From positions 1-64,000 of the IMG/VR virus record IMGVR_UViG_3300037119_002976: a stretch of 64,000 nucleotides of DNA. One strand, given 5' to 3'. The stretch's first letter is position 1. Each line of letters begins with the position of its first letter. Position numbers and translations under genes: made by a program. Shown in pieces: positions 25,092 through 39,774 of this stretch. This stretch comes from a virus. Taxonomy: Duplodnaviria; Heunggongvirae; Uroviricota; Caudoviricetes. The notes beneath the pieces are model-generated. The model did no database searches. It was not told the DNA's origin and was given only the letters and a program-made list of their open reading frames with translations.

Positions 25092-26903
25092 ATGGCAAAG
25101 CAGACCGAGGTGGAGTCCTTGTTCCCGGCGCTTCCGGAGAGTCTCTCCGAGTTGAGCGACGACGAGCTGGGCACGCTTCTTCAGGAGCACGAGGTCGCAG
25201 CCGACCTCATCGACAAGGAAGACGAAGACTTCACGAGCGGCTTCGCAGGTGACGAGCTTCTCGAGCAGTACGAGGTCGGCGTCACGCAGATCGAGACCAT
25301 CCGTGCGGAGCAGGAGCTTCGCGTGGAGGCTCAGCAGGAGTACCTCGCCAAGAAGGCCGAACTCGCCGAGCGCCGCAAGGCCCACGCCGAGGCCGAGGGT
25401 GAGGGAGACGACGAGGGCGACGGTGACGAGGGCGACGGCGAAGAGGCCGCACCCGAGGAGGCCGCTGCCGAGCTCGCCGCAGAGGACGACAAGGAAGAGG
25501 CAGAGGTCGAGGAGGACGAGGTAGTCGAGGAGGAGGAGACGAAGGAAGTTGTCGTCGCCGCCGCGGCCGCTCCGCCCGCACCGCGCAAGCCGCTTCGTCG
25601 GCCACCCTCCCCGTCCAGGGAGCGCATGGCGTCCGTCACGTCGCAGGGCGCTCCGCTCGTCGCAGCCGCAGGCCTCCAGGAGGTTCGCGGTGGCACGGTG
25701 ATGGACCGCAAGTCGCTGGCCCAGGCCTACAAGGTCACGGCCACGCGGCGCGGTAAGCCGTCCAAGAGCAACTCCGGTGTCGAGGAGCGCATTCTCGTCG
25801 CCGCAGCGCACTTCCCGTTCCCCGAGGATCGCATCCTCGTCGCGGGCGACTACGAGGAGAACGCGGCCAAGATCGCCGCGAAGATCCCGAACTACATCCC
25901 GGGCCTGAACGGTCGGCTGCGCGGAGAGGCACTGGTCGCTTCCGGCGGTCTGTGCGCTCCGTTGGAGCCGATCTACACGATGCCGAACTTCGCATCGACG
26001 GCTCGCCCGGTGCGCGACGCCCTTCCGTCCTTCCAGGCGGATCGCGGCGGCGTCAACGTCCCGGCCGTCACCTACATCGCCGACATCGACACGGCGATCA
26101 CGGTGATCGAAGAGGCCGACGACGCCCTCGGAGGCACGTTCGCCACGAAGTCCTGTCAGGACATGGACTGCCCGGCGTACACCGAGGTGCCGGTGACCAT
26201 CATCAGCCACTGCCGTGAGTACGGGAACCTGAACGCGATGGCGTGGCCGGAGAAGATCGCGCACGAGAACGATCTCACGATGGCGGCCCACGCCCGGACG
26301 AGCGAGACGTACCTGCTCGACCGGATCAAGGCCCTGTCCCTCAACGTGACCCAGGCGGCGGTCGGATCGCAGATGAACGCGTTCGGCTCCCTGGTGCACG
26401 CGATCACGAAGGCAACGGCGGGAATCCGCTTCCGGCTCCGCGCAGACGGCGGTACGCGCTTCCGGGCTCTGTTCCCGATCTGGATCGGCGACATGCTCGC
26501 CGCCGACAACGCCCTCATGAACTTCGACCGCTACCAGGCACAGGCGCAGCTCACGTCGGCACTCGAGCGGTACGGGGTCTCGGTCTCGTACTACCTCGAT
26601 CCCGTCACGGGCGGCACCTCGCAGGGCTTCGCGGCCGAGACGGCGTCGGCGCTGGACGACTTCCCGGACGACGTGCAGTACGCGCTCTACGTCGAGGGGT
26701 CGTTCATCCATGTCGACTCGGGTTCGCTCGAGCTCGGACTCGTCCGTGACTCGACGCTCAACTCGACGAACGACTTCCAGCTGTTCGGGGAGTCCTTCGA
26801 GAACGTGGCACGGCTCGGGCCGGAGCAGGGAGCCCTCTGGGTCACCCAGGACGTCTGCCCGAACGGTGTCTTCCCGGCCCTCGGGACGGCACTGACCTGC
26901 TGA
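25092..26903 (+). CDS. major capsid protein with N-terminal acidic scaffold-like (delta) domain (603 aa)
   Basis: RBS AGGAG 8 nt before ATG 25092. About 200 aa of acidic coiled-coil (EAEGEGDDEGDGDEGDGEE...), then a roughly 380 aa HK97-like capsid body. It is the largest structural gene after the portal. Confidence 0.8.
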   Translation: MAKQTEVESLFPALPESLSELSDDELGTLLQEHEVAADLIDKEDEDFTSGFAGDELLEQYEVGVTQIETIRAEQELRVEAQQEYLAKKAELAERRKAHAEAEGEGDDEGDGDEGDGEEAAPEEAAAELAAEDDKEEAEVEEDEVVEEEETKEVVVAAAAAPPAPRKPLRRPPSPSRERMASVTSQGAPLVAAAGLQEVRGGTVMDRKSLAQAYKVTATRRGKPSKSNSGVEERILVAAAHFPFPEDRILVAGDYEENAAKIAAKIPNYIPGLNGRLRGEALVASGGLCAPLEPIYTMPNFASTARPVRDALPSFQADRGGVNVPAVTYIADIDTAITVIEEADDALGGTFATKSCQDMDCPAYTEVPVTIISHCREYGNLNAMAWPEKIAHENDLTMAAHARTSETYLLDRIKALSLNVTQAAVGSQMNAFGSLVHAITKATAGIRFRLRADGGTRFRALFPIWIGDMLAADNALMNFDRYQAQAQLTSALERYGVSVSYYLDPVTGGTSQGFAAETASALDDFPDDVQYALYVEGSFIHVDSGSLELGLVRDSTLNSTNDFQLFGESFENVARLGPEQGALWVTQDVCPNGVFPALGTALTC

Positions 26904-26914
26904 GAGGACGGAGA

Positions 26915-26966
26915 CGGGTGAGAGGAGCAATGGAGATCAACATGAACCAGACGCTCCTCTCACCCG
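26915..26966 (+). terminator. GC-rich stem-loop immediately 3' of the capsid gene (14 bp stem, 24 nt loop, no U-tract)
   Basis: CGGGTGAGAGGAGC (26915-26928) pairs perfectly with GCTCCTCTCACCCG (26953-26966); begins 12 nt after the capsid TGA. Confidence 0.5.
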
Positions 26967-27001
26967 CTTTCACGAACGCCAGCCTTAAGGAGGCGATCTA
27001 G

Positions 27002-27658
27002 ATGGCGAACTGTGGAGTCTCCTTCGGCCTCTGCGCAGTCAGAGTGACGAGGGTGGACGCAACCGGCGTCGCGGTAGGCGGAGCCGGCAACTCGTATGTG
27101 ACCGACAAGCCGATCTCGATCGGGCTCAGCCCGAACATCGAGACCGGAAACACGTTCTCCCTGCGCAACGGCTGCGGGTGCTCGATCAGCCGTTTCAAGT
27201 CCAACGACATCTTCAACTGGTTCGAGTTCACGTTCGCGGACGGAGCACTCGAGCCGGAGATGATGGCGATCATGCTGGGCCAGGACCTCATCGCCGACGG
27301 CGCTGATCAGGTCGGTATGCACTTCGGTGCGGCCTTGGAGTGCGACGAAGACGAGCCCGCTGTCGGTCTGGAGTTCTGGACCAAGCACATCGTTGGCTCG
27401 GCCCAGGACGCCGCGTTCCCGTGGGTGCACTGGGTGTTCCCGAAGACCGTGTGGCAGCTCGGCGACAACACCGCCGAGGAGGACTTCCTGCAGACGGCTC
27501 TCTCGGGCTTCTCGCGCACCAACAACCTCTGGGGCTCCGGTCCCTGGGGCGACGGTCCTCCGGATGGCTCGGACGTCGTCGAAGGTGCCTACTGGAAGAC
27601 CGACGTCGACCCGCCATCGGCCTCTTGCGCCAGCGGTTCGGTCACGCCGGGTAGCTGA
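27002..27658 (+). CDS. virion structural protein (218 aa), function unassigned
   Basis: Strong RBS TAAGGAGG 9 nt before ATG 27002; beta-rich with Trp/Gly-rich C-terminus; sits right after the capsid gene. Confidence 0.55.
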   Translation: MANCGVSFGLCAVRVTRVDATGVAVGGAGNSYVTDKPISIGLSPNIETGNTFSLRNGCGCSISRFKSNDIFNWFEFTFADGALEPEMMAIMLGQDLIADGADQVGMHFGAALECDEDEPAVGLEFWTKHIVGSAQDAAFPWVHWVFPKTVWQLGDNTAEEDFLQTALSGFSRTNNLWGSGPWGDGPPDGSDVVEGAYWKTDVDPPSASCASGSVTPGS

Positions 27659-27683
27659 GTCGAGACGGTAAGGGGGTCGCAAG

Positions 27684-28523
27684 GTGTCCGTAACCGCGGT
27701 AGGGCCTGCCCTAGACCTTGATGGCCCCCTGCCCGTCGCCCGCCGGCACGCCCTTCTGGGTGCGCCGGGGGTCGACGTCGTCTATGACGACAGTGGCAGG
27801 TGGACCAACGGGGTGAACGTCATCGGCTACCCAGACGGGCCGCCGAAGCTGTGGGAGCCGTGTTCGACCGGAACCTTCCGTGTGAAGGAGGAAGGCGACG
27901 AGGCTCCGCAAGATCGGTTCGATCCGATCGCTGTGTACTTCCCTCTCCCCTGCTCGACGTTGGGGATGGGCGACTACGACGTGTTCGCGAAGCGTGCCGA
28001 GCTCGCGCTCGAAGCGACGCTCTCGCATGGAATCGAAGAGGCACTCGCTGGTGGAGTGCTGACATCGAACAATCCCTTCCTCGGCGACACTGGTCTCACT
28101 GCCCTCGCGGGCGGCGTGGCTGTCTCTCCGAGCGTGGGGCGCGGGTATCTCGAAAACGCGATCGGCTCGTTGACCGCTCGCCAGGGCCTCATCCATGCCA
28201 CTCCCGCTGTTGTCAGCGAGTGGGGCGAGGGTCTGGGCCTGCGCGATGTCGATGAGCTGCGCACCAGGGCCGGGACGCCAGTCATCTCGGGCTCGGGCTA
28301 CATCGGGATCGACCCGACAGGCAAGACGGCCTCGGGCGCTACGACGGATTGGGTCTATGCAACAGGCCCGGTCACGGTCAAGATCAGCCCGTTCGTCACC
28401 ACCTCGGTCGATGAGACCGTCGATCGCTCTGACAACTCCGTCGTCGTACGGGCGGAGCGCTACGTCCTGGTCGAGTGGGATACCGCTCTTCAGGTGGGCG
28501 TCCTCATCGACTGGTCGCTGTGA
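27684..28523 (+). CDS. virion structural protein (279 aa), function unassigned
   Basis: GTG 27684 with RBS AGGGGG; Gly/Thr-rich beta protein. Confidence 0.5.
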   Translation: MSVTAVGPALDLDGPLPVARRHALLGAPGVDVVYDDSGRWTNGVNVIGYPDGPPKLWEPCSTGTFRVKEEGDEAPQDRFDPIAVYFPLPCSTLGMGDYDVFAKRAELALEATLSHGIEEALAGGVLTSNNPFLGDTGLTALAGGVAVSPSVGRGYLENAIGSLTARQGLIHATPAVVSEWGEGLGLRDVDELRTRAGTPVISGSGYIGIDPTGKTASGATTDWVYATGPVTVKISPFVTTSVDETVDRSDNSVVVRAERYVLVEWDTALQVGVLIDWSL

Positions 28524-28596
28524 GCAAGGAGATCTACCGCTGAGCTCTGGCACTGCCCCGTAGCACGCGGGGCGGTGCCGAGACGCGGAGGCGCTC

Positions 28597-33315
<4,719 letters not shown>

Positions 33316-33325
33316 GAGCGCCCTG

Positions 33326-35020
33326 ATGAACCTCGTCAAACTCGCGGAGACACCGACCACGATCACGCTCGGCTGGACACCGCCAGCAGGTGTCGGCGGC
33401 TACGTCTTCTACGCGAACGGCGTGGCCGTCTCGACGGCCTCTCCGAACCTCAAGGACGGCACCCCGCGCGACTCGGTGAAGTTCTCCAAGACGACGCCAG
33501 GCCCGCCCTTCCAGGTCGCCGCGGTGTGCAGGCAGGGCGGAGTCATCGTGCTCGAGCAAGCGACGTACTCGGAGGCTCCTCCGCCATCCGTGATTCCGAA
33601 GTACGTGGCCGACTTCGAGACCGGCGACTTCTCGCAGGTGCTCTCCCTCCAGCAGATCACGGCTGGGCGCATGAGCGTCCTTACCTCCGGCGCTTTGGAG
33701 GGCACGCGCTCGGCTCTCGTTCGTAATGAGTTCTCCGACTACCCCGTGGCGCAGGGGCAGCGCACGGAGATGGTCACGGACGACATCAACAGTCTCATCG
33801 GCGTGAGTGGCTCGATGCAGGGGCGCGAGACGTGGTGCGAGTGGAAAGAGAAGTTGCTGCCGGGCTTCGAGATCTCGCCTGCCTGGTGCATCATCCACCA
33901 GTGGCACGGCGGCACTGGTTCGCCCGTGTTCGCGATCGAGGCCAACGGCCCTGCGCCCGGCACTCTCAACTGCGTGATCCGTGGAGGCCCGGCCAACGGC
34001 AACTACCGCATCCATGAGATCGCGGACCCCGTTCCGATCAACACGCTCCTGCACTTCCGAGCGTACCGTCGGTGGGATACGGGGCCGGGCGGTCGAACGA
34101 AGGTGTGGCTGAACGGGACTCTGGTCGTCGACGACACCGGCCCGAATCTCTACGTCGGCGGTGAGTCGGCGGCGTATCAGAAGTGCGGCATCTACCGCTC
34201 CCATGTGACGACTCCCGGCGTCGAGTCGCAACTGCTCTACGACGGCATCCGCTGGTACGACGCAGACCCAGGCTGGACGAATGCACCTCCAGTCCCGCCA
34301 ACCGGAATCCTGATCTGGAACGGCGATCTCGATACCGGCGACGAGTCGCAGTACGACACCTACATCCGAAACGCGCCCGACCGCTGGCGCGTGACGACGC
34401 AGGACGGCGCGGTGACGCCGAGGCAGGGCACGCACATGGCCCGCGTCGAGTGTCGGCAGGGCGAGGCCGCGAGCTGGGGAGCGAGCCTGAGCGCAACGCT
34501 CGCGCTGCGCAACGGCCTGCCCTACGGCTTCGACAAGGCGAACAAGGACGGCTACCTCGCGTGGTCGGCCTGGATCCCGTCCGACTATCCGTGGTCAGAT
34601 CCGGGCAAGCACTCCGACTTCATGGAGTGGCACGGCGTTGGCGGGATGGATCAAGCGCCCGTCCACTGGGGCATCATCGCGCAGACGGGCCGCTTCTACA
34701 TCGACCTGCACCGTGATGTCGCCGGGTACACGCCGGTGTTCCAGCCGCAGTTCGAGAAACTGTCCGATCCGGGCATGGCGAACACCTGGCACGACTACGT
34801 CGTGCGCGTCCTGTGGAGTCAAGGCCCAGACGGGCGCTTCCAGTTCTGGAGGGACGGAGACTTGAAGCACGACTACACCGGACCGACCGCGCCGAAGTCG
34901 GGCGAGGGGTTGAAGCTCCAGATGGGGATCTACTGCCGCAACGGTCCGCCTGCGTCGAAGCACATCTACCTCGACGAGATCAAGCTCGGGACGACGCGCG
35001 AGATCGTCACGCCGGGCTAA
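33326..35020 (+). CDS. fibre-associated protein with N-terminal FN3-like domain and C-terminal lectin/glycan-lyase-like domain (564 aa)
   Basis: ATG 33326. N-terminus TTITLGWTPPAGVGGYVFYANGVAVS is a fibronectin-III-like signature; C-terminus is beta-rich and Trp/Gly-rich. Paralogue of 36459-37553 in the N-terminal domain. Confidence 0.6.
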   Translation: MNLVKLAETPTTITLGWTPPAGVGGYVFYANGVAVSTASPNLKDGTPRDSVKFSKTTPGPPFQVAAVCRQGGVIVLEQATYSEAPPPSVIPKYVADFETGDFSQVLSLQQITAGRMSVLTSGALEGTRSALVRNEFSDYPVAQGQRTEMVTDDINSLIGVSGSMQGRETWCEWKEKLLPGFEISPAWCIIHQWHGGTGSPVFAIEANGPAPGTLNCVIRGGPANGNYRIHEIADPVPINTLLHFRAYRRWDTGPGGRTKVWLNGTLVVDDTGPNLYVGGESAAYQKCGIYRSHVTTPGVESQLLYDGIRWYDADPGWTNAPPVPPTGILIWNGDLDTGDESQYDTYIRNAPDRWRVTTQDGAVTPRQGTHMARVECRQGEAASWGASLSATLALRNGLPYGFDKANKDGYLAWSAWIPSDYPWSDPGKHSDFMEWHGVGGMDQAPVHWGIIAQTGRFYIDLHRDVAGYTPVFQPQFEKLSDPGMANTWHDYVVRVLWSQGPDGRFQFWRDGDLKHDYTGPTAPKSGEGLKLQMGIYCRNGPPASKHIYLDEIKLGTTREIVTPG

Positions 35021-35026
35021 CGGCTG

Positions 35027-36412
35027 ATGCCTGACTCGCTGTTCTTCGACGGCGTCGATGACTACCTCCTCTTCGACGTGGGGCAGTTCGCCGCGTCGGG
35101 GGCTTACACATTCGCCTGTGTCGTCAAACGCGCCGGCGCAGATGACAACGTCTACCAACTCGTCATGGGCATCGTCGGAGGAGCGAGCAACGGCGGCATG
35201 TCTCACAGCAGCAGCTCGCCGGGCGGCCAGTTGTTCATCTGGGACGCGACGCACAACACCTTTGCAGCCGACCCGCGCATCGGGCAGACGGACGGCTGGT
35301 TGTTCCTGGCGATCACGAAGGGCGCGGGCACAGTTCAGGGGCGCATCCACCGCTACAGTTGGGGCTCTCCTGGCTGGTTCCACGGCGACACATCCACGGT
35401 GGGTCAATCCTGCGCCAGCCCGACCCTGAATGGCTCATCGCGAGTAGGTTTCGCCGGAGACGGTCCATCGTCGCCGACATGGTTCATGGGCAACTACCTC
35501 ATCGGGGGCGTGTGGGATTCACAACTCTCCGATGCGGAGATCGAGACGCTCATCGGAGGGCTTCGAGCTTGGCGCACGCTCGAGCCGAAAGAGGCTTGGC
35601 GGCTAAACATTGAAAGCGCCATCTCTTCCTTCGCGCTCAGCGGCACGAGCGTAGAGACCGCAAGAAGCGGGGCTACGCTAGACGCTGGCGATGCCCCGAC
35701 AGGTTGGGTTGACAGCTTCCCGCCGGCCGTGGAAGAAGACAACTTCGATCGGGCGGACGGGGATATCGACGGCGACACGACCAGCGGTGGCGGCTGGACA
35801 TGGGCATCCCCGATGCACTCGGGCGACAGCAACCGGCGCATCGTTTCCAACGCTTGTGCGGCCAATGGCTCGGCTCAGCAGTTCGACAACGCCTGCATCA
35901 ACCACGACTTCGGTTCGGACATTCGCGTCTCGTACAGGATCACGACCATCGGTGGCTCGTCGGGTGACTCGTTCAACGTGTGTGTCCGTATTCCGTACTC
36001 GGCGTTCCCGGCGTCGTTCGGAGCGGCGTCCGATTACTACCGACTCGATATTTCTCAGCTTGGTGGTAACGACAACTTCTCCGTGTATCGAGTGCTGAAT
36101 GGAGGTTTCACTCAGCTAACACCGGTCTCCGGCTCGGAGACGATTCCCGGAGACTGGGCGGTGAACGACGAGGTGGCGTTCGAGTGCTACGAGGAGGGCG
36201 GCGCGACCAAGCTCAAGGTCTACCGCAAGCCCGCTGCGGGCATCTGGGCACTCGCCGCGACCTACTCGGACTCCACGGTCGGACGCCCAACGGCGGGCCA
36301 GAAGGTGGCGATCGAGGGAGACAGCAACGTGGGCAGCGATCCCTCCAACTGGATCATCGACAACCTCGGGGTCGAGACTTACGGCGCTTCCGTGTTCTGG
36401 GTGGGAGCATGA
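35027..36412 (+). CDS. LamG / concanavalin-A-like lectin domain protein (461 aa)
   Basis: ATG 35027; N-terminal FFDGVDDYLLFD motif typical of LamG/ConA-like jelly-rolls; paralogue of 37550-38260 (FDGVDDEINF). Confidence 0.6.
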   Translation: MPDSLFFDGVDDYLLFDVGQFAASGAYTFACVVKRAGADDNVYQLVMGIVGGASNGGMSHSSSSPGGQLFIWDATHNTFAADPRIGQTDGWLFLAITKGAGTVQGRIHRYSWGSPGWFHGDTSTVGQSCASPTLNGSSRVGFAGDGPSSPTWFMGNYLIGGVWDSQLSDAEIETLIGGLRAWRTLEPKEAWRLNIESAISSFALSGTSVETARSGATLDAGDAPTGWVDSFPPAVEEDNFDRADGDIDGDTTSGGGWTWASPMHSGDSNRRIVSNACAANGSAQQFDNACINHDFGSDIRVSYRITTIGGSSGDSFNVCVRIPYSAFPASFGAASDYYRLDISQLGGNDNFSVYRVLNGGFTQLTPVSGSETIPGDWAVNDEVAFECYEEGGATKLKVYRKPAAGIWALAATYSDSTVGRPTAGQKVAIEGDSNVGSDPSNWIIDNLGVETYGASVFWVGA

Positions 36413-36456
36413 GCGATCCACGCCGGATGCAGATCTATAGTTCGCACTCGAGTTAG
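36409..36456 (+). other. 15-codon relic ORF (MSDPRRMQIYSSHSS) marking a duplication junction
   Basis: ATG 36409 in ATGA overlap. Its first 13 nt (ATGAGCGATCCAC) are identical to the start of the GT gene at 38257. Its last 10 codons parallel the collagen gene C-terminus MRIYSSHSN (33283-33315). Confidence 0.4.
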
Positions 36457-36458
36457 AG

Positions 36459-37553
36459 ATGGCGCTCAATCCGAAAATCACAGACCAGGGCGACAAGGTG
36501 AAGCTCGAATGGACGCCTGATCTCACCGGCCAGGGCTACCGGCTGTACGTCGACGGCGTTGCTGTCTCACGCACCTTCAAGTCCGATGCGAAGTCCACGA
36601 CCTTCGCCAAGCCGGACACCGCCTCTCACCGCTACGGCGTGCAGAAGATGGACGTGGTGGATGCGTTGGAGGAAGTCGCGTGGCCTGCGGCTCCGCCTCC
36701 TCCGGCGGGCGCTCTCAAGTGGAAGCCCCCCGGCTATCCCGACTACGTCGGCTACACGCACATCAACGTCACGAACGCGAACGCTCGGCCATCACTTTCG
36801 ACGACCACGGATTACGTCGTCCACATCACCGAGAAGATCACGGTCGACGGCGGGGTGATGTTGAACGGCGGGCGGAACATCGTCGTCATCGGCGGCGAGA
36901 TCGAGGACACGACGGTGCTCACGAAAGCACAGGCTCAGGCCAATGAGCTCTGGCGGCAGATCGGTCTCTACCTTCCGAACGTCAAGGGCATCGCTCACAT
37001 CGAGGGGCTCCATATCCACGGTGTCGGTTGCGGAGATGCGATCCAGACGGGATCGGGTGCAGGTGGAGCCACCATCCAGATCCAGAACTGCCGCATCAAC
37101 CCGATGCACCCGGTTCAGAACATGGCGCAGACCGGCTGGGAGGGCGCGCATCCGGACGCCTTCCAGTGCTACGCGGGGCCGGCCATCTGGCGCATGTATC
37201 AGGACACTGTCATCTCGGGCGGCACGATCCGCACCTGGCAGCCCACGGAGTTCGGGCCGAACATCCAGTCGGTCGATATCCGCCGCCAGAACTGGAAGGC
37301 GCAGCAACTCCCCGGCACCTACGTCATCTGGGACGACTCGCCGCTGTGGCCCGAACACCACGAGGACATCTGGCTCTCCTACGGTGGCAGCGGCAACTTC
37401 CATCGCAACGGTGACATCACTCACGCCCAGTTCGACCCGCCGAACGGAAACATCTCGGGGGAGGCGATCAAGTACGGCGTGAGGCCCGAGGGTGACTGGG
37501 TGCCCGCCAGCATGGTCGCGCAGGGCGCGTACGTCTCACCTGGGTATCAATGA
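36459..37553 (+). CDS. FN3-like + beta-helix (pectate-lyase-like) protein (364 aa)
   Basis: ATG 36459; N-terminus KVKLEWTPDLTGQGYRLYVDGVAVS is FN3-like and paralogous to 33326; the central region has repetitive Gly/Ile/His beta-helix-like rungs (IHGVGCGDAIQTGSGAGGATIQIQNCRI). Confidence 0.6.
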   Translation: MALNPKITDQGDKVKLEWTPDLTGQGYRLYVDGVAVSRTFKSDAKSTTFAKPDTASHRYGVQKMDVVDALEEVAWPAAPPPPAGALKWKPPGYPDYVGYTHINVTNANARPSLSTTTDYVVHITEKITVDGGVMLNGGRNIVVIGGEIEDTTVLTKAQAQANELWRQIGLYLPNVKGIAHIEGLHIHGVGCGDAIQTGSGAGGATIQIQNCRINPMHPVQNMAQTGWEGAHPDAFQCYAGPAIWRMYQDTVISGGTIRTWQPTEFGPNIQSVDIRRQNWKAQQLPGTYVIWDDSPLWPEHHEDIWLSYGGSGNFHRNGDITHAQFDPPNGNISGEAIKYGVRPEGDWVPASMVAQGAYVSPGYQ

Positions 37554-38260
37554 CCCAGATCGCCTACGCACGTTCGTTCGACGGGGTCGACGACGAGATC
37601 AACTTCACCCTCGGCGGTCTGTCGGGAGCGTGGAGCGGCGTGACGGTCATGGCAATCGTCAAGCCGGACTCGACGCAGACTGACAGCGCATCCACGATCA
37701 TCCACCTAGCCGACGCCGTGTCCGTGGTGTTCGACAAGGACTCCAATATCTTCTACGGCTTCGAGGTCGAGGACTATGACTCCTACGGCAATGACCCGGT
37801 GGTCGAGAACGAGTGGTGGGCTTTGGGATTCTCTAAGGCGGCAGGATCATCCACTGCTCGCCTGCATAGCTACCGCTACTCAACTACCACTTGGTCGCAT
37901 ACGAATGGAGAAGGAGGCGCCCTCCCCGACCCTGGCAGCCCGACTGCCGTCATCATGGGTTCCGACCCCGGAGGAAGCCACTACAAGGGGCTGATCGCCT
38001 GCGTTGGAGTGTGGAAGGCGTCTGCACTCTCGGATGGGAATGTCGAGACCCTGGAGGACGACATCGCGAACTGGACGGCGCTCTCGCCGACCTCCCTGTG
38101 GCGGCTCAACCAGACGAGCGTCGCCGACGACGTGCTTGACCTTGTGGGCAACTCGCACGAGAGCAGCATCACCGGCACAACCGCGACTGCTGTCTCCGAT
38201 CTTCCGTTCGAGGTGGGCGGTGCTTCCGATACTCCTGCACTAGCCTGGCTGACAGGATGA
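37550..38260 (+). CDS. LamG / concanavalin-A-like lectin domain protein (236 aa)
   Basis: ATGA overlap start; SFDGVDDEINFTLGG motif; shorter paralogue of 35027-36412. Confidence 0.55.
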   Translation: MTQIAYARSFDGVDDEINFTLGGLSGAWSGVTVMAIVKPDSTQTDSASTIIHLADAVSVVFDKDSNIFYGFEVEDYDSYGNDPVVENEWWALGFSKAAGSSTARLHSYRYSTTTWSHTNGEGGALPDPGSPTAVIMGSDPGGSHYKGLIACVGVWKASALSDGNVETLEDDIANWTALSPTSLWRLNQTSVADDVLDLVGNSHESSITGTTATAVSDLPFEVGGASDTPALAWLTG

Positions 38261-38976
38261 GCGATCCACAGATCATCATCGGCGGCGACCTCGGGTTCCA
38301 CAACCGCGAGCTCAAGCGCTCGAACGAGAGGCTGAAGAAGGGGAAGCAGTACCGCGATCTCTCGACCGTCTGCGTCATCCCCACGCGAGGCCTGATCCCC
38401 GCGCGTGTCGTCGAGAGCTGGATGGGACTGATCGCCCCGATGAACAACGCCTTCCTGCGCATCTTCGTGCAGGGCATGGAGGTCGGGGACGCCTACAACC
38501 AGGCGGTCGAGTTGATCCTCGGGCACGAACAGATCCGCGACTTCAAGTACCTGCTCACGCTCGAGGAGGACAACGTGCCGCCTCCCGACGGCCTGCTCAA
38601 GCTCTACGAGTCGATGGACGACTACCACGCGGTCGGCGGTCTCTACTGGACGAAGGGTGAAGGCGGCCAGCCGATGATCTACGGCGACCCGAAGGGCATC
38701 CTCGCGTTCCAGCCCCAGCAGGTGCAGGTCGACACCGTCCAGGAGTGCAACGGCCTCGGGATGGGCTTCACGCTCTTCCGCATGGAGCTCTTCAGGGACG
38801 AGAAGATCGAGAAGCCCTGGTTCAAGACCGTGCAGGAGTGGACTCCGCATGGAGGCACCGCGATGGGCACGCAGGACCTCTACTTCTTCGGGAACGCCCG
38901 ACGCGCCGGATACCGTGTCGCCTGTGATACGCGAGTGAAGGTCGGTCATGTGGACCAGGACGGAATGGTTTGGTGA
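38257..38976 (+). CDS. glycosyltransferase, GT-A fold (239 aa)
   Basis: ATGA overlap start (MSDPQ...); LSTVCVIPTRGLIP N-terminal strand; acidic motif LEEDNVPPP; beta-rich C-terminus. Confidence 0.65.
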   Translation: MSDPQIIIGGDLGFHNRELKRSNERLKKGKQYRDLSTVCVIPTRGLIPARVVESWMGLIAPMNNAFLRIFVQGMEVGDAYNQAVELILGHEQIRDFKYLLTLEEDNVPPPDGLLKLYESMDDYHAVGGLYWTKGEGGQPMIYGDPKGILAFQPQQVQVDTVQECNGLGMGFTLFRMELFRDEKIEKPWFKTVQEWTPHGGTAMGTQDLYFFGNARRAGYRVACDTRVKVGHVDQDGMVW

Positions 38977-39176
38977 CTCTCACCGATCGAATCTTCTGGC
39001 AGGAGTTTCGATACACGCGAGCCCTGTACGGATCGCGCAGACGCTGGTTGGAGGTGAAGCTCTGGCCGATCGAGCGGTTCTTCCGTAGGCGCTGCTGCGC
39101 CAAGCACGGCCACGATCATTTCGTGGGGCCGCCTATGACATGGAAGACTTACTGCCGGAGATGCGGAGCGGCATGA
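38973..39176 (+). CDS. small zinc-ribbon protein (67 aa)
   Basis: GTG 38973 (or TTG 38970) overlaps the upstream TGA; CCAKHGHDH...CRRCG. Confidence 0.35.
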   Translation: MTLTDRIFWQEFRYTRALYGSRRRWLEVKLWPIERFFRRRCCAKHGHDHFVGPPMTWKTYCRRCGAA

Positions 39177-39772
39177 GCACGAAGACGCAGGCAGTGGAGA
39201 GCAACGGCAAGGACGTGAAACAGCAGATCTTCTCGCCTCGCCGCCTGGACATCGCCTGCGGCCAGAACAAGCAGCAGGGCTTCAAGGGCATCGACATCGC
39301 TGGCGACGCGGACATCGTCTGGGACCTGAACGAGATCCCCTGGCCGATCCGCACGAGCTCGGTGCGCGAGGCCTACTGCGCCCACTACGTGGAGCACATC
39401 CCGCACGAGCGACCAGGCTGGGACCGCGACGGCTGGTTCCGCTTCTTCGACGAGCTCTACCGCGTCATGGCCGGCGGTGCGACTGCTCAGTTCATCCACC
39501 CGTACTCGCGGCACGACCGTGCCTTCTGGGACCCGACGCACGTGCGCTTCATCAACGAGACGACGTGGTACTACCTCGACAAGCAGTGGCGGGAGATGCA
39601 GGGGCTCGACCACTACCCCGTCGAGTGCGACTTCGAGATCATCACGGTCGACGCGATCGGTCTCTCCAACGAGTTCATGTCGCGCAGCGCGGACACTCAG
39701 AACTTCGCGCGGGCGCACTACTTCAACGTGATCCCCGATCTGCGCGCCCTTCTCAAATCACGGAAAGGCTAG
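39173..39772 (+). CDS. class I SAM-dependent methyltransferase (199 aa)
   Basis: ATGA overlap start; motif I LDIACGQNKQQGFKGIDI; acidic motif II region. Confidence 0.6.
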   Translation: MSTKTQAVESNGKDVKQQIFSPRRLDIACGQNKQQGFKGIDIAGDADIVWDLNEIPWPIRTSSVREAYCAHYVEHIPHERPGWDRDGWFRFFDELYRVMAGGATAQFIHPYSRHDRAFWDPTHVRFINETTWYYLDKQWREMQGLDHYPVECDFEIITVDAIGLSNEFMSRSADTQNFARAHYFNVIPDLRALLKSRKG

Positions 39773-39774
39773 TG

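Noticed and set aside
24243-26930. 895 aa reverse-strand ORF covering the whole major capsid gene
   Set aside because: It runs antisense to a strongly supported capsid gene and has low-complexity translation. Only its 3' 638 nt (24243-24880), which has its own RBS and ATG and lies outside the capsid gene, was kept.
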